A DNA stretch of 59,742 bases, the filler included. It is 3 parts of 3 records of this genome, joined end to end, with 100 filler letters (N's around TTAATTAATTAA, not from the genome) between each part and the next. Parts side by side here need not be neighbours in the genome. Positions count along the whole stretch, not along the records: positions 35,057 to 59,742 come from SRR20825019_1291; 2 more parts are not named here. The stretch is one strand, 5' to 3'. Below, piece by piece: positions 55,536 to 59,742 of the stretch. How positions within the stretch are numbered: position 1 is the stretch's first letter; each line of letters begins with the position of its first letter. A program made the translations under genes and the position numbers. Below the pieces are notes generated by a model, which was not told the DNA's origin, made no database searches, and worked only from the letters and a program-made list of their open reading frames with translations.

Positions 55536-55558
55536 AGGGCGCTCTCGGCGCCCTTTTT
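55536..55558 (+). terminator. Intrinsic terminator
   Basis: AGGGCGC-TCTCG-GCGCCCT followed by a T run. Confidence 0.7.
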
Positions 55559-55575
55559 CATTCAGGCTGTTCTAT

Positions 55576-56385
55576 TCAGGAATGTTGGCCGTCAAAAGGT
55601 TTGAGTGGGTAGGGTTCGATCTCATCCCATTCATCGATATCGTCAAAAGCGGAGGTTTCTATCACCGTGTTTTTGGCGGCTTTTTTATCACCACTTTCCA
55701 GCGGTTCCATCAATGCTGACAGGCGATTGAGCATGATCTTTTCGGCGGCATCTCTTGGCCTGAGTGTGAGAACGATAGCGAGTTCCTTACGGGCAAGCGC
55801 ACGCTCTTCCTTGTCGCCGCGCGCGAGGAAACGCACATATTCAAAGCGGGTGCCGATCGACTGGCCATCCAGCGCAATGGCGCGTTCAAAATACTCCTGT
55901 GCTTCTTTCCGGCTTGCACCAAGGGCAAGGCGTGCAAGGAAACCGGCGTTGCTGACAGCAGAATGCCAGCCGCCCATGGCTGCTACAATGAGGGGGTCGT
56001 CTGGCAGGCGCGTTACCAGCGCTTCCAACCGTTCCTTGGAGGCTTTGACGTATGATGCCTTGCGCAGCCGCTTTGCTTCATACCCGATGCCGATGGCATA
56101 ACTGACAGCTGCAACCACATTGTCGGGGTCGAGCGCGAGCGCTTTCTCGCAGTCATCCAGCGCGCGGTGAAGGGATGTGACAGATTCTGAGCCATGCTGC
56201 TTGAAGCCCCCGATCACAAGGCCACTTCTACAGGCGAGGGCAAGGCCGTCTGCCGTATTGGTGGCGGCGCCGCGTTCGCGCGCCTCATCAAAAGACCCTT
56301 CAACAAAATCCAGCCAACCCGGGGTATTGAAGGGTTGCCATCCGGCTAACATGCTCAGCACAAGAATTGTTTTCATAGGCCTCAC
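55576..56385 (-). CDS. Hypothetical TPR-like helical protein
   Basis: EKALALDPDN and FERAIALD repeats; possible signal peptide. Confidence 0.65.
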   Translation of the reverse strand: MRPMKTILVLSMLAGWQPFNTPGWLDFVEGSFDEARERGAATNTADGLALACRSGLVIGGFKQHGSESVTSLHRALDDCEKALALDPDNVVAAVSYAIGIGYEAKRLRKASYVKASKERLEALVTRLPDDPLIVAAMGGWHSAVSNAGFLARLALGASRKEAQEYFERAIALDGQSIGTRFEYVRFLARGDKEERALARKELAIVLTLRPRDAAEKIMLNRLSALMEPLESGDKKAAKNTVIETSAFDDIDEWDEIEPYPLKPFDGQHS

Positions 56386-56426
56386 TATAACAGGGTTAAA
56401 GTGAACGGCAGCCTAACGTGATTTTT

Positions 56427-57875
56427 TTACACACGCCAGAAGGACGGCGAAAAAAGTACCAGAACGGAAAAAAGCTCCAGCCTGCCGATCAGCATACCAA
56501 AGGATAACATCCACTTTGCGGCATCTGTAAGGCCACTGAAATTGCCCGCTGGGCCAACCTTGTCGCCAAGGCCAGGCCCGACATTTGCAATGGCCGTGCC
56601 TGCGCTTGATAGCGAGGTGATCCAGTCCTCGCCGGTGGCGGCGATACCAAATGCAAGAATCAGAAAAATGCCCAAAAACAGGGTCATGAAACTCATGACA
56701 GACGCACGAACATCATCGGGGATCGGTCGTCCGTTATAGCGTGCGATAAACACGCCGTTTGGCTGCAAGGTATGTTCGATCCAACAACGCATGGACTTAA
56801 GGAGCACCTGAAAGCGGAAAATTTTCATGCCACAGCTGGTGGAACCGGCGCAGCCGCCAATGAACATCGCCACAAAAAATAACGAAGCAGAGAAGGCGCC
56901 CCACTGGCTATAGTCCGAGGACGCGAATCCGGTACCCGTAAGCACTGAAATGATGTTGAAACTGCCGTACCGGAAGGCTTCTTCAAGCGTGAAATTCTTG
57001 AATACCATCAGCCAGATCGTGACCCCGACACAAAGGAAGGCAACCAAGAGCAGGAACCCGCGGGCTTGCTCATCTCGCCACAGGGCAAGCGGCCGGCCTC
57101 TTATCACCTGCAGGAACAGGATAAAAGGCAAGGAGCCGAGGACCATAAAAATCAGGCAGACTATATCGGTGGACAGGCTGTCAAACTTGCCGAACGAACT
57201 GTCCGAGTTTGAAAAGCCGCCTGTTGCAATGGTTGTCATGGCATGCACGAGCGCATCAAACGCTTCCATGCCGGTCAGCATATAGGCGATCATGCACAAT
57301 GAGGTGAAGGCCACATAAACACCGGAGATAACACCGGATATCTGTGCGGCGCGAGGCAGGATCTTCTCTGCCGTTTCAAAACTTTCTACACGGAAAACCT
57401 GCATACCGCCCACCTGCAACATAGGCAGAACCGCCACAGCCATCACGACAATCCCGATGCCACCAAACCACTGCAAAAGCCCACGCCAGAGCAGAATGCC
57501 GGGCGGTGCAGTATCAAGTCCAGTAATGACCGTCGAGCCTGTGGTGGTCAGGCCGCTCATGGCTTCAAAATAGGCGTCTGTATAGCTGAGGTCGAGTTCT
57601 GAAAACGCAAGCGGAAGTGCTGCAAACGCGGGCAATACCGCCCAGGCGGATGTTGTAAGCAAAAAGGCTTGCTTGAGGTTCAGGTTATCGCCGCTGCCAC
57701 GTGTTGCCAGCATCAACATGCCGCCGATCATGGCGGTAAGGCATAGCGCGATGGCAAAGGTCTGCCAGTCCGGGTTATCGGCTACGAAGTCTGCGATTGT
57801 GGGCAGGCTCATCCCCCCCGCCAGAAGAGCGATCAGTGAACCCAGCGTATAGAGAACCGGCCTGAGGTCTACCAA
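56427..57875 (-). CDS. trkH: Trk potassium uptake membrane protein TrkH
   Basis: SGLTTTG, TIATGGFS, TGTGF, GGCAGST, NVGPGLG, GRLE. Confidence 0.95.
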   Translation of the reverse strand: MVDLRPVLYTLGSLIALLAGGMSLPTIADFVADNPDWQTFAIALCLTAMIGGMLMLATRGSGDNLNLKQAFLLTTSAWAVLPAFAALPLAFSELDLSYTDAYFEAMSGLTTTGSTVITGLDTAPPGILLWRGLLQWFGGIGIVVMAVAVLPMLQVGGMQVFRVESFETAEKILPRAAQISGVISGVYVAFTSLCMIAYMLTGMEAFDALVHAMTTIATGGFSNSDSSFGKFDSLSTDIVCLIFMVLGSLPFILFLQVIRGRPLALWRDEQARGFLLLVAFLCVGVTIWLMVFKNFTLEEAFRYGSFNIISVLTGTGFASSDYSQWGAFSASLFFVAMFIGGCAGSTSCGMKIFRFQVLLKSMRCWIEHTLQPNGVFIARYNGRPIPDDVRASVMSFMTLFLGIFLILAFGIAATGEDWITSLSSAGTAIANVGPGLGDKVGPAGNFSGLTDAAKWMLSFGMLIGRLELFSVLVLFSPSFWRV

Positions 57876-57885
57876 TGTTTGCCCC

Positions 57886-58311
57886 TTAGTTGATGTGCAG
57901 GGAAACGTGGGGGCTATCGAGGGAGAAAGCCGGTATGGTTGCGGAGAACATCATGCCGTCCTCGCGCTGCATCTCATAGCTGCCCCGCATGAAGCCGGAC
58001 GGCGTACCGAGCGGTGTGCCGCTTGTATAGATAAAGGTCTCGTTGGGCTCAATGATCGGCTGCTCACCAATCACACCAACACCCTTCACCTCCTGGATAC
58101 CACCAGTGCCGTCGGTGATGATCCAGTGCCGGTTCAGAAGCTGAACTGGCCGGTTTGAGGTGTTGGTGATTTTGATCCTGTAGGCCCACACATACTGGTG
58201 GGCCTCAGGTTTTGATTGCTCGTTCAGAAAGTAACTTTGCACAGCAATATGGATACCTTCAGTCGTTTCTTCAAACGTCAAAACACCATCGATGAGGTCG
58301 TCGTCAACCAT
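57886..58311 (-). CDS. apaG: ApaG protein
   Basis: WAYRI.I.N, RHWIITD, GVGVIGEQP, YTSG, G.M.GSY. Confidence 0.95.
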   Translation of the reverse strand: MVDDDLIDGVLTFEETTEGIHIAVQSYFLNEQSKPEAHQYVWAYRIKITNTSNRPVQLLNRHWIITDGTGGIQEVKGVGVIGEQPIIEPNETFIYTSGTPLGTPSGFMRGSYEMQREDGMMFSATIPAFSLDSPHVSLHIN

Positions 58312-58340
58312 ATTGCTCCCGTACTTTCTTCTGCGCCAGC

Positions 58341-59549
58341 TTAGACGCCAGCCGCGTCAAGCGCTTGATTTACATCCTGAACGAGATCGTCCGCATCCTC
58401 AAGCCCTACCGAAAAACGGATCAGGCCCGGCGTGATGCCAAGTTCAAGGCGGGATTCCTCGGAAAGTGCTTTGTGTGTCGTGCTCCACGGGTGCGTGGCA
58501 ATCGAGCGGCTGTCACCGAGATTGTTGGAGATATCCACGATCTTGAGGGCATTCATGAAACCGAACGCATGTTCGCGGCCGCCAGGCAACTCGAACACCA
58601 CCATCGTGCCCCCGCGCTCCATCTGGCTCAGGGCAAGGTTTTGCTGCTCAAAAGATGCTAGATTGGGATGGCGGGTGTCTGTCACACGTTTCGCTATGGC
58701 TGTTGCCACCTTCTCCGCATTATCGCACATGGCATGAACGCGCAGGCTCAGTGTTTCAAGCCCCTTGAGCATCACCCATGCATTGAAGGGCGACATGGCG
58801 CAGCCCGTATGCCGGTAAAAAGGATATAGGTGCTGTTCGTCAAATTCTTTGGAACACAATACAACACCGCCGAGGCAGCGGCCTTGGCCATCAATATGTT
58901 TGGTGGTGGAATAGGCGACGATATCCGCGCCAAGTTCCATGGGGCGCTGAAGCACCGGTGTTGCAAACACGTTGTCTACTACCAGAAGTGCTCCTGAATT
59001 GTGGGCGAGGTCGGCCAGCGCCTTCAGGTCCACAATCTCAAGCGTCGGGTTCGCCGGTGTTTCAGTGAAAAACAGCTTGGTGTTGGGTTTTATCGCCGCT
59101 TTCCAGGCATTCAGGTCAGTGCCGTCAACCACGGTGGTTTCAATACCAAAGCGCGGCAATTGTTCATCCATCAACCAGCGGCAGGAACCAAAAAGCGCTC
59201 GTGCGCCGACAACATGGTCGCCTGCGCGCAGGCTGGCAAGCAGCGCCGCTGTCATCGCCGCCATGCCGGTGCCGGTGGCGCGACCAACGTCAGCGCCTTC
59301 AATCACAGCCATGCGGTGTTCAAACATGGCGACAGTAGGGTTGGTTTGGCGCGAATAGGTAAAGCCTTCAGCGCGGCCATCAAAGCGCGCTTCTGCTTCT
59401 TCCGCATTTTCATATGAAAAGGCTGAAGTGAGGAACAGGGCTTCGGACATTTCTCCAAAGTTGGAGCGCATTGAACCAGCGCGTACCATCTGGGTTTGAG
59501 GTGCCCAAGTGGAAGTGAGGCTTTTATCGAGGCCTGAGCGCAGTTTCAT
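58341..59549 (-). CDS. metZ: O-succinylhomoserine sulfhydrylase-type trans-sulfuration enzyme
   Basis: SEALFLTS, YSRQTNPT, VDNVFATP, YSTTKHIDGQGR, SNNLGD, SVGLED. Confidence 0.9.
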   Translation of the reverse strand: MKLRSGLDKSLTSTWAPQTQMVRAGSMRSNFGEMSEALFLTSAFSYENAEEAEARFDGRAEGFTYSRQTNPTVAMFEHRMAVIEGADVGRATGTGMAAMTAALLASLRAGDHVVGARALFGSCRWLMDEQLPRFGIETTVVDGTDLNAWKAAIKPNTKLFFTETPANPTLEIVDLKALADLAHNSGALLVVDNVFATPVLQRPMELGADIVAYSTTKHIDGQGRCLGGVVLCSKEFDEQHLYPFYRHTGCAMSPFNAWVMLKGLETLSLRVHAMCDNAEKVATAIAKRVTDTRHPNLASFEQQNLALSQMERGGTMVVFELPGGREHAFGFMNALKIVDISNNLGDSRSIATHPWSTTHKALSEESRLELGITPGLIRFSVGLEDADDLVQDVNQALDAAGV

Positions 59550-59712
59550 CGTCCATTCTCCTGAAAACGTCGTGGGTGGCTGCATCCTTCATACAGCGGC
59601 GCCACGTTGCGGCCAAGCGCCATCAAGGTCAAGCGTTTCGGCACACTCAGGCATGATCATTTCTTGCTTTTTTAAAAAGCTCTGGTAAATGCTTGGGCGC
59701 ACAGTGAGGCGC

Positions 59713-59742
59713 GCGGGTGTAGCTCAATGGTAGAGCAGAAGC
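59713..59742 (+). tRNA. tRNA-Gly, 5' fragment (truncated before the anticodon)
   Basis: GCGGGTGTAGCTCAATGGTAGAGCAGAAGC matches the alphaproteobacterial tRNA-Gly 5' half. Confidence 0.8.

Noticed and set aside
35639-59417. Many long antisense or overlapping ORFs (e.g. 53897-55048, 50631-51527, 41562-42368)
   Set aside because: Shadow ORFs of GC-rich real genes with no protein motifs
1-59742. CRISPR arrays, rRNA genes, integrases or transposases
   Set aside because: None seen on manual reading

Overview
The window is not one locus. It joins three unrelated contigs with two artificial 100-bp spacers (N44-TTAATTAATTAA-N44 at 18733-18832 and 34957-35056). (1) 1-18732 is gene-dense DNA from a microbial eukaryote with ~45-60 nt spliceosomal introns. 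It holds two head-to-head multi-PAS genes (several PAS repeats are FixL-like and keep the heme-ligand His; one gene ends in a GAF domain with no recognisable catalytic output), a large Cys-repeat multi-pass membrane protein, and the start of a second secreted protein. (2) 18833-34956 is AT-rich Bacteroidota (Flavobacteriales-like) DNA: ettA, pepD, S41 peptidase, XRE regulator, mnmA, murQ, a GT-C-like membrane protein and carB, with a recurrent TTACAAATGT(AA) operator-like motif. (3) 35057-59742 is an alphaproteobacterial origin-proximal region: mnmG-rsmG-parAB with three parS sites, gshB, yraN, rsmI, lpoA-like, hemW-rdgB-rph, hrcA-grpE, class I lysS, dinG, trkH, apaG, metZ and a partial tRNA-Gly. 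Its accessory inserts include an AT-rich DUF3892-like islet preceded by a LexA box and a structured leader. The best candidate for an undescribed system is the protist pair of FixL-like multi-PAS sensors. All calls come from manual reading; no searches were run, and the eukaryotic exon models are approximate.
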